DNA of 64,000 bases from a virus. Its lineage: Duplodnaviria > Caudoviricetes. The position numbers were made by a program, and so were the translations under genes. A model generated the notes under the pieces. It was not told the DNA's origin. It saw nothing but the letters and a program-made list of their open reading frames with translations, and searched no databases. This document shows positions 18,079 to 27,228 of this stretch, piece by piece; position 1 is the stretch's first letter, and each line of letters begins with the position of its first letter. The stretch spans positions 96,001-160,000 of IMG/VR virus record IMGVR_UViG_3300015360_000023; one strand, 5' to 3'.

Positions 18079-19440
18079 ATGTCAGCAACATCCAAAACAG
18101 AAGAAACGACCGCCGAGACCGTGGTAGATGACGTTTCAAATACAGAAGTTAAAAAAGAAGACGGATTAGATCCGAATGTCTTGGCCGCATTGAAGGCTAA
18201 GAGCCAAGCTAAACAGCAGGAGAGCAAGATGGCGGCTAAGATTGTAGCGAAGAAAGAGAGAAGCCTTGCCTTAGGTATCCTGGGTTCAGGTCAAGCAGGT
18301 TCTAGATTAGCTGAAGCTTTTTACAAGCACGGTTATGACGTAGCAGTAGTTAATACAGCTATGCAGGACTTGAAGTTTATTGATGTCCCAGATTCTAACA
18401 AGCTACTCTTAGAGTATGGTCTTGGTGGAGCTGCTAAAGAAATTGAAATTGGTAAGGCAGCAGCCGAAGCTCATCGTGGTGAAATTAGCCAATTGATTGC
18501 CGACAAACTGGCTCACTCTCAAGTGAATGTCCTTTGCCTTAGTTTAGGTGGTGGTTCAGGCGCTGGTTCTTGTGAGACCCTTGTAGATATTCTATCCAGT
18601 ACCGGCAAACCCTTAGTCGTTATGACCGTTCTTCCGATGGCCACTGAAGATGCTCAGACTAAATCCAATGCTCTTGAAACTTTATCCAAACTTTCTAAGT
18701 TAGCTCAAACTAAGAAGATCAACAATCTTATCGTTGTTGATAATGCTAAGATAGAATCTATCTATTCTGAAGTGGGTCAAATGGAATTCTATAAAACGGC
18801 TAACAAAGCCATTGTAGAGCCAATTGATATTTTCAATACACTTTCTTCTATGCCATCTGAAACCAAGCCATTGGATCCAATGGAATTTTCTAAGCTGTTT
18901 TTAGACGGTGATGGCCTTACTGTTTACGGTGAATTCTCTGTCGCAGATTACGCTGGCGAAATGAGTATTGCTGAAGCAGTTGTAAACAACCTATCTCACA
19001 ACCTATTGGCTGAAGGTTTTGATCTTAAGCAATCCAAGTATGTTGGTTACATTGTAACTGCAAGCAAAGAAGTCTGGTCTAAGATTAAGGCAGTTAGCAT
19101 TGATTACGCCAACCATATGGTCAATGACCTTTGTGGTAATCCAGTAGGTGTCTTCAAGGGTATGTATGTCGTTGAATCTAACGAAGACGTTGTCAAGGTT
19201 TATTCAATGTTTTCTGGTCTTGGTTTGCCGGCTTCTCGTGTTGAGCAACTTAAGAATGATACTCAAGAACTAAAGTCTAAAGTCAAGGGCAAAGATGATG
19301 CTCGTAATCTAACTCTACAACTTGACACCGGCACCAATGAAACGGTTTCTGCCGCCCAAAAGGTCAAGGACAAGATTGCCGCTAAATCATCTTCCTTCGG
19401 TAAGTTCGTGACGGGCGTTGTCGATAGACGTAAGCCATAA
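18079..19440 (+). CDS. Tubulin/FtsZ superfamily GTPase (TubZ/PhuZ/CetZ-like)
   Basis: GILGSGQAGSRLAE (GxGxAG), VVNTAMQDL, signature SLGGGSGAGS, VLPMATE, IVVDN, DPMEF, FSGLG; charged N- and C-terminal tails. Confidence 0.9.
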   Translation: MSATSKTEETTAETVVDDVSNTEVKKEDGLDPNVLAALKAKSQAKQQESKMAAKIVAKKERSLALGILGSGQAGSRLAEAFYKHGYDVAVVNTAMQDLKFIDVPDSNKLLLEYGLGGAAKEIEIGKAAAEAHRGEISQLIADKLAHSQVNVLCLSLGGGSGAGSCETLVDILSSTGKPLVVMTVLPMATEDAQTKSNALETLSKLSKLAQTKKINNLIVVDNAKIESIYSEVGQMEFYKTANKAIVEPIDIFNTLSSMPSETKPLDPMEFSKLFLDGDGLTVYGEFSVADYAGEMSIAEAVVNNLSHNLLAEGFDLKQSKYVGYIVTASKEVWSKIKAVSIDYANHMVNDLCGNPVGVFKGMYVVESNEDVVKVYSMFSGLGLPASRVEQLKNDTQELKSKVKGKDDARNLTLQLDTGTNETVSAAQKVKDKIAAKSSSFGKFVTGVVDRRKP

Positions 19441-19463
19441 TCTACTAGAACTGATAATATAAA

Positions 19464-19520
19464 TTGTCGAGAAAAAGGTACTAGATATATATGATCTAGT
19501 ACCTTTAACCTTTTCGACAA
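19464..19520. repeat. Long imperfect inverted repeat (cruciform/hairpin)
   Basis: Perfect 13-bp arms AAAGGTACTAGAT (19474-19486) and ATCTAGTACCTTT (19494-19506) around a 7-nt AT-rich loop, plus outer arms TTGTCGA (19464-19470) and TCGACAA (19514-19520). Confidence 0.9.
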
Positions 19521-19521
19521 C

Positions 19522-21036
19522 ATGACCAAAATTCTTATCAAGGGTAACACCTCTCAGATCACGGAAGAGTCCGATGCTAATCATGTTTTAGCTCTGGATA
19601 AGCATCTCTCTTTTTACGTACAGGGCGCCGAACATACGGCTGCCTTTAGGGGATACATCAATCGAGATGGAGACTTTGTCAAGTGGGATGGGATGAAAAA
19701 ACTTCTGACCCCCACTCTTCAGTTCCCTACCGGATTAGTAGATAGGGTCAAAGACTTCTACATTGAACATGGTAAAACATTTGATATTGTCGATAAGCGC
19801 CCAGCTAAATCGGTGGGCACTCCACGAGATATTCTTTCTAATTTAAAGAAAATGAATAAGGATCCCTATCCTTATCAAATGGAAATTCTTGATGTCATTG
19901 ACAAAAATGATCGAGGAATTATAAAGGTAGCTACAGGTGGAGGAAAAAGTTTGATCGCGGCATTGATTGCTGCCAAATTAGGTAAGAAGACCATCATCTA
20001 TGTTATTGGTAAGGATCTACTTTACCAGTTCCACGATTTCTTCTCGTTGGTTTTTGATGAGAAGATCGGAATCATTGGTGATGGTAAATGTGAAATTCAT
20101 GACATCAACATTGCCAGTATCTGGACCATTGGTCAAGCTATTGGTATGGACAAAAAAACCATTTTACTTGAAGGTGATGATGACGAAGAAGCGGTAAGTA
20201 AAGACAAGTACGTTAATATCCTTAAGATGATTAAGGATACAAAAACTCATATGATTGATGAGTGCCATATGTCAGCTTGCGAAACCATTCAACAGGTTTT
20301 CAAAACAGCTAAGGCCGAGCATCTGTATGGTTTGAGCGGATCTCCTTGGAGAGACGACGGAGCCGATTTACTCATCGAAGCTGTTCTTGGCAAGTACATT
20401 GTCAACATCTCTGCTTCTTATTTGATTGAGCGTGACTTCTTGGCTCAAGCACTCATAAGATTTAGAGTAGTCCCTCCATATCCAACTCAGATAGAGAAGG
20501 TCTATCAATCAATTTACAAAAAATATGTTGTAGAGAATGATGCCCGAAATGGTTTAGTTTTAGATGGTGCTAAAACTCTGGTTGCAAAGGGATACCAAAC
20601 GCTGGTGCTCTTTAACAGTTTGAAACATGGTAAGATTCTTTACGAGCTATTCAAGCAGCACATGAAGTGTGCCATCTTAGACGGATCTAATAGCAAGGAA
20701 GAGCGAGAGCAAGTCAAAAAAGATTTAATGGAGCACAAAATTGATTGTGTTTTGGCTTCCAAAATCTTTGATATAGGCGTTGACATCCCCAGTTTAGCTG
20801 GTCTGGTAATCGCATGCGGTGGAAAATCAACTGTCAAGGCATTACAAAGAGTTGGAAGAGTCATTCGTAAGTATCCGGGCAAGAAGTTTGCCGTTGTTAT
20901 TGACTTCATTGATCAAGCTCCATTTCTTGATAACCACTCTAAAACTAGATACAAGATTTATAAGTCAGAAGAAGGGTTCGACGTATCATGGCCACTCCAA
21001 AAAAAGAAAAAATCGAAGAAACCGGAGGAGAACTAA
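19522..21036 (+). CDS. Superfamily II DNA helicase (UvsW/Rad25/ResIII-like)
   Basis: PYPYQ, Walker A VATGGGKS, DECH, SGSP, IFDIGVDIP, QRVGRVIR. Confidence 0.92.
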   Translation: MTKILIKGNTSQITEESDANHVLALDKHLSFYVQGAEHTAAFRGYINRDGDFVKWDGMKKLLTPTLQFPTGLVDRVKDFYIEHGKTFDIVDKRPAKSVGTPRDILSNLKKMNKDPYPYQMEILDVIDKNDRGIIKVATGGGKSLIAALIAAKLGKKTIIYVIGKDLLYQFHDFFSLVFDEKIGIIGDGKCEIHDINIASIWTIGQAIGMDKKTILLEGDDDEEAVSKDKYVNILKMIKDTKTHMIDECHMSACETIQQVFKTAKAEHLYGLSGSPWRDDGADLLIEAVLGKYIVNISASYLIERDFLAQALIRFRVVPPYPTQIEKVYQSIYKKYVVENDARNGLVLDGAKTLVAKGYQTLVLFNSLKHGKILYELFKQHMKCAILDGSNSKEEREQVKKDLMEHKIDCVLASKIFDIGVDIPSLAGLVIACGGKSTVKALQRVGRVIRKYPGKKFAVVIDFIDQAPFLDNHSKTRYKIYKSEEGFDVSWPLQKKKKSKKPEEN

Positions 21037-21599
21037 CCTCTGTTCCTAATGATAAGTACAGGAAGTTCTTCGATAAGTTTGCAGAGATTGAAACACTAAA
21101 GGTGGACGACTGGAAAGCCGCGCACCTTCTTGGCTATTTCTGCAAGAAATATAAAGATACTTACAATGAGGATTATCCCTGGAAGTTCAATAACGAGAAT
21201 CCTGCTAAATGCTTTGAGGTCTGGCAACTTAATACATTGGTTGCCCGTATCTCCAAGAACCCTCAGATTCTCAAGGACTACATCGACTGGGCTTATATTA
21301 ATTTGGTTCCTAAGGCTAAACGCAGGCTCACCTCAATTTCCTTTATGACTAAGGAAGACATCGTTCTCAATTACAAGATGAACGTGCTCTTAGCCGGTAA
21401 GAAGAATCTAAGCGTGGATCGTTCTAGTCCTCTTCCAGATAAGTTCAAATCACCATTTCAAGAGATTGGTGTTACTGTTTCCAATTACGGTGACTTAGCT
21501 TTCCTATCTCAAATGGAGAAGACTGCCGAGATGATTTCCGCTTTTGAGAAGCTTAATGAACTAGGATTCGATAATGACATCCTGGGGAGAATTGTATGA
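20988..21599 (+). CDS. Hypothetical protein in the replication module
   Basis: 203-aa ORF overlapping the helicase end; no motif recognised. Confidence 0.75.
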   Translation: MATPKKEKIEETGGELTSVPNDKYRKFFDKFAEIETLKVDDWKAAHLLGYFCKKYKDTYNEDYPWKFNNENPAKCFEVWQLNTLVARISKNPQILKDYIDWAYINLVPKAKRRLTSISFMTKEDIVLNYKMNVLLAGKKNLSVDRSSPLPDKFKSPFQEIGVTVSNYGDLAFLSQMEKTAEMISAFEKLNELGFDNDILGRIV

Positions 21600-22000
21600 T
21601 ATTGTTTACTTTTGAAAATCTAAGATCAATGGTTGATCTTACTAAGATTGATAGTGATTTCTTAGCCCAGGGATTTAAGTTAGCGGCCGTAGATTCTGGA
21701 CGAAATCACCTGTGGACTACTATGGATGACTTAGAAAAAGATGCTGAGAAGCATGCCATTGATAATGGTTGGGATCCAGCAACTATGTTGGTGCTGTATG
21801 ACCCGCCTAGAACAGAAGAAGAACGAGCGGCAGCGGCAGAAGAAATTAAACGACAAATAGAAGAAGACCCTGATTGGGATGATATCCAAATTGGAGAAGT
21901 TGACCCTAAACGGGTAATAGCTTCAGTCTATAAAAACATGACTCCTGAGAAGCTTGTTAAAGAGTTACTTAGACCTTGGGAAATGAGGGTCTTCTCATGA
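21596..22000 (+). CDS. Hypothetical acidic protein
   Basis: ATGA overlap with the upstream gene. Confidence 0.75.
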   Translation: MILFTFENLRSMVDLTKIDSDFLAQGFKLAAVDSGRNHLWTTMDDLEKDAEKHAIDNGWDPATMLVLYDPPRTEEERAAAAEEIKRQIEEDPDWDDIQIGEVDPKRVIASVYKNMTPEKLVKELLRPWEMRVFS

Positions 22001-22503
22001 CTCCGCAAACCGGACAACATGTAAAGGTTATTCTTCGTAATGGCGCTATTGCCGAAGGCATCGTTGAAGAGTGGTTTGCTAATACAGTTCAATTACGATC
22101 TTTAGATAATGAAAGTATTCTAATTATCAGTCATCCGGCTGAAGATATAATGCTAATCAAAGTAATGTTAGATAAACCGGAAGAAGAGGCTGAGCCTGAG
22201 TCCGGCCCTACCATTGAAGAAGTAAATGATTTTGAGGCACAGTTCCAGGAAGCTGCCGACTCAACTGATCCACATGATGTGGATGATATCAAAAGTTTAG
22301 CACAATTGCGTATTGAATTGAATAAACAAGAGCGCCGCATCATTGCAGAAAAACTAAAGGATCATCGACCGGGTCGTGCTTATCAACCTAGTACAACTCC
22401 ATACCACTATCCTTCTGTGGTAACAGGCAAACCAACTCCCTATACACCATCAAGGATCCCGAATGGACACACACGACATAGCAAGAAGCCGAGCACTAAA
22501 TAA
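21997..22503 (+). CDS. Hypothetical protein (Sm/SH3-like N-terminal beta domain, acidic linker, Pro-rich tail)
   Basis: ATGA overlap at 21997-22000 gives the start MTPQTGQHVKVILRNG. Confidence 0.7.
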   Translation: MTPQTGQHVKVILRNGAIAEGIVEEWFANTVQLRSLDNESILIISHPAEDIMLIKVMLDKPEEEAEPESGPTIEEVNDFEAQFQEAADSTDPHDVDDIKSLAQLRIELNKQERRIIAEKLKDHRPGRAYQPSTTPYHYPSVVTGKPTPYTPSRIPNGHTRHSKKPSTK

Positions 22504-23170
22504 CATCCCTCCTCGTAAAGTTCAAGATGCTCTTGCGGCCGTTGAAGCCAGTCAAGATGAATTGAAAGTGAAGCATGTTAAACAGATTGCTATTAATCGA
22601 TATGCTGAAAGCAATATCCCTATTGATTATTGGACTCTTAAAATGGATAGGGATTTCAAGGGAGATCCAAGATTGCTTGCCAAGTTCAATGAATATACGG
22701 AAGATCTAAAAGCTTCATATGTAAGCGGTAGTTCGCTATGCCTTGCTGGTGGTCATGGGCTCGGAAAAACAATGACAATAACTTGCGTTCTTAAAAAAGC
22801 AAGTCAAAAAGGATTTAATTGTCTGTACACTACGCTCAGTGATATAGTCAACGTCCTTACCATTGGCGGTGGGGAGGACAAGTTCCTGGCACGCCGAGAA
22901 CTTGCTTTGGTTGATTTCTTGGCGATTGATGAATTTGATCCTCGATTTATGCCATCTGAGAATGCGGCCGATTTATATGCTCGCAGCTTGGAAAGTGTTT
23001 TTCGAAATCGCAGCCAGAATAAGCTTCCTACATTGATGGCTTCTAATAGTCCCAATCCGGTTGAAGCTTTCAAGGGTCCTTTGAAGGACAGCATTGATAG
23101 CTTGATGAAGGGATACCTAAAAGTCTTCCCGGTCGCACCAGGCAAGGATTTTAGAAAGGAAAAAGCATGA
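22463..23170 (+). CDS. DnaC/IstB-like AAA+ ATPase, probable helicase loader
   Basis: Walker A GGHGLGKT, Walker B FLAIDEF, RSQNKLPTLMASN; immediately upstream of DnaB. Confidence 0.85.
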   Translation: MDTHDIARSRALNNIPPRKVQDALAAVEASQDELKVKHVKQIAINRYAESNIPIDYWTLKMDRDFKGDPRLLAKFNEYTEDLKASYVSGSSLCLAGGHGLGKTMTITCVLKKASQKGFNCLYTTLSDIVNVLTIGGGEDKFLARRELALVDFLAIDEFDPRFMPSENAADLYARSLESVFRNRSQNKLPTLMASNSPNPVEAFKGPLKDSIDSLMKGYLKVFPVAPGKDFRKEKA

Positions 23171-24573
23171 GCAACGATTTAGATTTAGTTATTCTTAAAA
23201 CGCTAGTAACTAATAAGAAGCATGCTTTAGACTTTGTCAATGAATGTGACATTAAACTATTTGGGCCAGATGTCTTTCATTTTGCTAACCTAGCCATTGG
23301 ATACATTCGTACCTATAAAGATCTTCCAACTCAAAGGGTTATGGTTGAGAGACTTACTAAGGGTAAGAATGAAAAACAAATTGAGCACGTTAATAAAGTA
23401 TGGGCTCAACTAGATGCTCTATCATATAATGATCGCGAATATAAGCACGATCTAGAGTCCATAAAGAAACGCTTTGCTGAGAAACAGCTTTCTGGAATGA
23501 AGGACCAGCTAGGTAAACTAGAGCCTGGTGCCATGGATATCGAAAAGACTATCAGTGATATGAATAAGACTATTCAGTCTATTAAGTCATTGCATCAAGT
23601 TAAAGCTTACGAACGTAAAACTTTAAAACAAGCTATACCTATCTTTAGAGAAGAGTATAATGCTAAGATGGAGGATCCTGATTTTGATAAAGGCATCAAG
23701 ACTGGTTACTCTTATCTAGACAACGCTACAGATGGGTTGAGACCGGGCGAGCTTATTCTCATCGGTGGTGAGTCGGGTGCTGGTAAATCCATGTTGTTAA
23801 TGAACATGGCTATTCAGATTTGGTTGCAAGAGAATACCATTGATATGGTGGACAACTTCAAGCCAGGTAACAGCGTCCTTTACTTCTCTTTGGAAATGCC
23901 ATTCAAACCATGTTTGAATCGTGTTCTATCTAGACTGTCTGGCAATCCATCCAAGAAAATTCGTAATGCTACATTGAATACCGATGAGGCTCTCAAGCTC
24001 AAGAAGGCGCTCAAGTTCATTAATAATTATAATTGTGAATTTGAGATTGTTGATATTCCTCGTGGAGCTACCATGGAAAGCATGGAGCTTATCTTTGAGG
24101 AAGCTAAAGCTTATTACAATCCAAAGATTATCGTAATCGACTATCTTGGTCTAATGGACTACGATGGCGCCGATATGGAAGACTGGCTCAAGCTCGGCAA
24201 GATTGCTGAAAAGATTCACGAGTTTGCTCGTGTCCATGGTTTGATTGTTCTAAGTGCCATCCAGTTAAACCGTGGTAAGGGCGGCAAGGATACCGAGGAA
24301 AAGATTGGTTTACATCGTATTGGTCGTTCGGCTCTAATCATGCAAAACGCTAACATTGGTGTTCAGATTGAAACTCGTCCCAATGAGAAGTCTTTCCCGG
24401 ATATGAATTACCATCTTATTAAGAATCGTGACGGTGAATTGGGCAAAGGAAAGCTTATCAAAAACCTGGCGGCAGGCACCCTTATTGACGAGAAATCTGA
24501 AGAAGATCCAACTACTTTTGAGATGAGAGATCCAGACGATATTTCTGATCGTCCTGGCCTCGATCTTGACTAA
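23167..24573 (+). CDS. dnaB: Replicative DNA helicase, DnaB family
   Basis: IKTGYSYLD, GELILIGGESGAGKS, YFSLEM, IVIDYLGLM, IQLNR, KNRDGE. Confidence 0.93.
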   Translation: MSNDLDLVILKTLVTNKKHALDFVNECDIKLFGPDVFHFANLAIGYIRTYKDLPTQRVMVERLTKGKNEKQIEHVNKVWAQLDALSYNDREYKHDLESIKKRFAEKQLSGMKDQLGKLEPGAMDIEKTISDMNKTIQSIKSLHQVKAYERKTLKQAIPIFREEYNAKMEDPDFDKGIKTGYSYLDNATDGLRPGELILIGGESGAGKSMLLMNMAIQIWLQENTIDMVDNFKPGNSVLYFSLEMPFKPCLNRVLSRLSGNPSKKIRNATLNTDEALKLKKALKFINNYNCEFEIVDIPRGATMESMELIFEEAKAYYNPKIIVIDYLGLMDYDGADMEDWLKLGKIAEKIHEFARVHGLIVLSAIQLNRGKGGKDTEEKIGLHRIGRSALIMQNANIGVQIETRPNEKSFPDMNYHLIKNRDGELGKGKLIKNLAAGTLIDEKSEEDPTTFEMRDPDDISDRPGLDLD

Positions 24574-24599
24574 TTATTAGACATATAATAGAGGTCTAG

Positions 24600-24773
24600 A
24601 TGCAGAATAAAGTAGTGGCAGAAGCCGTTAGAGTTGAGTACGAAGAGAAGACTGGAAAGATGTATATTGTCTTTGAAGTAAAAGACGAAAAGTACAAGCA
24701 AGATCTTAAAAAGAACTGGACTAAAGATATAGAATTCCGTCTGGTTGATAAGCTATTAGTTGAAGGCGAATAA
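24600..24773 (+). CDS. Small hypothetical protein (57 aa, MQNKVVAEAVRVEYEEKTGK...), not in the ORF track
   Basis: Translated by hand; GAGG RBS before ATG 24600; TAATG coupling to the next ORF. Confidence 0.7.
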   Translation: MQNKVVAEAVRVEYEEKTGKMYIVFEVKDEKYKQDLKKNWTKDIEFRLVDKLLVEGE

Positions 24774-24940
24774 TGAATCACGATTTTATTATTATTAATT
24801 CAGGAAATCAAATCTTCTATGACAAAATAGTGGGCACAATCGCGCTCGTAAGTGGTACTGGAATCACATCTAATGGTCCTGGTTATATTTTGAAATCAAG
24901 AATGCAGGACGCCTTCTTTGGAAAACTTGGAAAGAAATAA
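24773..24940 (+). CDS. Small hypothetical protein (55 aa, MNHDFIIINSG...GKLGKK), not in the ORF track
   Basis: TAATG overlap upstream; stop abuts the AGGA RBS of 24950. Confidence 0.55.
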   Translation: MNHDFIIINSGNQIFYDKIVGTIALVSGTGITSNGPGYILKSRMQDAFFGKLGKK

Positions 24941-24949
24941 AGGAATACT

Positions 24950-25252
24950 ATGCCTACGTACGAACACCGCTGTGATACTTGCAAACATGAATGGGAAGCT
25001 GATTATTCAATCAAGTTAGATCCACCTAAAGTTTGTGTCTCTTGCTCTGCTGAAACTGTAACCCGCCTTATTTCTTTAGGTGGTAAAGGCGTTGTAGAGC
25101 TTACTGGCCAAGAGCTAGTTGCGAAGGTCAAGGCTGATGGGCAAGCCCTCAAGAAGGATGCTCACGCTAAAGAGAAGGTCTATGCCAATTTGCTTGGTGA
25201 AGACAAGTACCAAGCCTTGCAAGTCAGGCTAGACAAGCAGAAGCGCCGATGA
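24950..25252 (+). CDS. FmdB-family zinc-ribbon protein
   Basis: MPTYEHRCDTCKHEWE...CVSC...VTRLIS. Confidence 0.85.
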   Translation: MPTYEHRCDTCKHEWEADYSIKLDPPKVCVSCSAETVTRLISLGGKGVVELTGQELVAKVKADGQALKKDAHAKEKVYANLLGEDKYQALQVRLDKQKRR

Positions 25253-25491
25253 ACTCCTGGAGCACCGGCTTTGGCCGCAGAGGTACTCTAGAAACTCGTT
25301 TAGTAGTGGCCAAGGAGACCGTGCGTTCACTACTGTTCAGAATCCATGAAATTGAAATGAGTGCCCAACTAAGCGATAATGAAAAGCTTTCTAAAATAAA
25401 AATAATTAAGGATGAAATGATTAAAGTTGGCACGGAAATTGACAACATCAAAAAAGAGATTAACTTTCTAAACAGCTATTCGGTAAATTAA
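25249..25491 (+). CDS. Hypothetical coiled-coil protein
   Basis: ATGA overlap with the upstream gene. Confidence 0.65.
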   Translation: MNSWSTGFGRRGTLETRLVVAKETVRSLLFRIHEIEMSAQLSDNEKLSKIKIIKDEMIKVGTEIDNIKKEINFLNSYSVN

Positions 25492-25499
25492 GAGTTAAC

Positions 25500-26099
25500 A
25501 TGACCCAGAATTCTAAAGAATATAAAAAGGAATATTATCAGAAGAATAAGGCACGTTTACTTGCACGTCAAATTGAATACTATGTTCAAAACAAAGTAGA
25601 ACGTCTTGAATACGCCAACAATTATTACCAAAATAATCAACAGTCACTAATAGAAATTCAAAAAGAACGACAAAAGAATAATAGGGTTGAAGCGACAAAT
25701 TATCATAATCGATATGTAAAAAATCGTTCAGAAAAAGACCCTATTTTTAAGTTAAGAAAGAATATTTCTGCTGTTGTTTATCTGGCGCTCAAGAGCGTGG
25801 GCTCTTCTAAAAGGGGACAATCTGTTATGGAGCATCTACCATACTCTCTTCAAGAATTAAAGGAACATCTTGAAAAGAATTTTGAACCATGGATGAATTG
25901 GAAAAATCAAGGAATGTATAGCTGTCAAGTTTTCGATGAGAATGCTCCATCTACTTGGACATGGAACATAGACCATATTACTCCGCAATCAAAATTACCA
26001 TATCTTTCTATGATAGAAGAGAATTTTAAAAAATGTTGGGCATTGGATAACCTACGACCCTTACTATCAAAAACAAATCTTGAAAAAGGAAATAGATAA
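25500..26099 (+). CDS. Free-standing HNH-type (homing) endonuclease
   Basis: Helical EYY/NYY..N repeats, DPIFKLRKNI, LKEHLEKNF, WNIDHITP, CWALDNLRPL...NLEKGNR (His-Me finger). Visibly more A-rich than its neighbours. Confidence 0.8.
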   Translation: MTQNSKEYKKEYYQKNKARLLARQIEYYVQNKVERLEYANNYYQNNQQSLIEIQKERQKNNRVEATNYHNRYVKNRSEKDPIFKLRKNISAVVYLALKSVGSSKRGQSVMEHLPYSLQELKEHLEKNFEPWMNWKNQGMYSCQVFDENAPSTWTWNIDHITPQSKLPYLSMIEENFKKCWALDNLRPLLSKTNLEKGNR

Positions 26100-26290
26100 T
26101 GCCCACATACACTTACAAATGTGAGGTGCACGGAGAATTTGAAGAAGTGCACTCGATAACGACTCAATTAGAAGAATGCCCCAAATGCAAAGAAGAAGGG
26201 AAGCCGATACAAAAGGTAACTCGACTCATCTCTGGAGGCGGAGGATTTATTCTAAGCGGTTCTGGTTGGGCACGCGACAATTATAGTTGA
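26099..26290 (+). CDS. Second FmdB-family zinc-ribbon protein
   Basis: MPTYTYKCEVHGEFE...CPKC...VTRLISGGGGFILSGSGW. Confidence 0.85.
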   Translation: MPTYTYKCEVHGEFEEVHSITTQLEECPKCKEEGKPIQKVTRLISGGGGFILSGSGWARDNYS

Positions 26291-26294
26291 AGCC

Positions 26295-26453
26295 ATGCCA
26301 AAAAAACCTAACAGCAACAATGATGAGAAGAATCAGAAACTTAAACAAGTGACTGAGATACTAAGATTCGTTCTCACTGTGGATGATGAAGAATTAGTCA
26401 AGTCAACCATAGAGTCAGTCATTGAACTTTTAGAAGATGAAATCAGTAAATGA
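26295..26453 (+). CDS. Small hypothetical protein (52 aa, MPKKPNSNND...EISK), not in the ORF track
   Basis: Translated by hand; starts 4 nt after the upstream stop. Confidence 0.6.
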   Translation: MPKKPNSNNDEKNQKLKQVTEILRFVLTVDDEELVKSTIESVIELLEDEISK

Positions 26454-26546
26454 ATTCAGTGTTTGCAGAGTCCTCTATTCATATTTCAATACGAGTATGA
26501 ATAATTCAGTATGTAGTTTACTTTAGACCCAAGAGAGAAGAACAGA

Positions 26547-27176
26547 ATGTTGACAGAACAAGAAGCTCAAGACCTCATGGCTAAATTGTGTGACCTTAGA
26601 GTGCAAGTAAAAGACTCTAATGAGCCCAAGTTAGTTAGTGAATTGAAGAAGCATGAAAAAGTTTGTATGGATAACTTCCGTTATCTAGTAACTATGAAAA
26701 CGGGTCGTTATAAGGCCTTCAGCAATTATGAAGACCTAAATCAAGAAGGGTTCGAGGCCTTAATTAAGGCAATGAATAACTACAACCCAAAGAAGGGTTC
26801 TTTCTTTTGGTGGGCACATAAGTATATTGACACTCGTATTTCGAGAAGCGCAAACTTACATACCACTATTAGATACCCATTGAAGGTCGCTAAGGCACAT
26901 ACTCCTCACAAGGAATCTGTTATGCCTTTGCAGATCGAAGAGCGCTATTGTCCTGATAAGGAGCTTGAAGAGTCTCAGGCTACTCAAGCAATTCATGGTG
27001 CTGTGTCTTTGCTTTCGCCAGAGCAAAAGGAAGTCATCAATCTAGCCTATGGATTTGATGGGGACAAACCAATGTCCATTAACAAGATATGCAAAAAGTT
27101 AAGCATATCACGATTGAGCTGTATCAAAACGATTAACAGCGCTCTTTCTATGATGAAAGACAATATCAAAGTCTAA
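26547..27176 (+). CDS. RNA polymerase sigma70-family factor (regions 2 and 4)
   Basis: YEDLNQEGFEALIKAMNNYNPKKGSFFWWA (region 2), ISRS...IRYP, LSPEQKEVI...MSINKICKKLSISR (region 4 HTH). Confidence 0.88.
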   Translation: MLTEQEAQDLMAKLCDLRVQVKDSNEPKLVSELKKHEKVCMDNFRYLVTMKTGRYKAFSNYEDLNQEGFEALIKAMNNYNPKKGSFFWWAHKYIDTRISRSANLHTTIRYPLKVAKAHTPHKESVMPLQIEERYCPDKELEESQATQAIHGAVSLLSPEQKEVINLAYGFDGDKPMSINKICKKLSISRLSCIKTINSALSMMKDNIKV

Positions 27177-27228
27177 TCAGTGGCCCTGATTATTAACAGT
27201 TTTATTAACTTAATTCTAAGGACGAATT

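Noticed and set aside
14457-26099. Giant eukaryotic virus (NCLDV) origin suggested by the Nei type, HNH type and glycosyltransferases
   Set aside because: Shine-Dalgarno sites, overlapped operons, TTGACA promoters, a sigma70 factor, DnaB/DnaC and an M23 peptidoglycan hydrolase indicate a bacteriophage.
27174-27192. Hairpin TAATCAG-TGGCC-CTGATTA after the sigma factor gene as an intrinsic terminator
   Set aside because: The 7-bp stem is AT-rich with no immediate U-tract, too weak to call.
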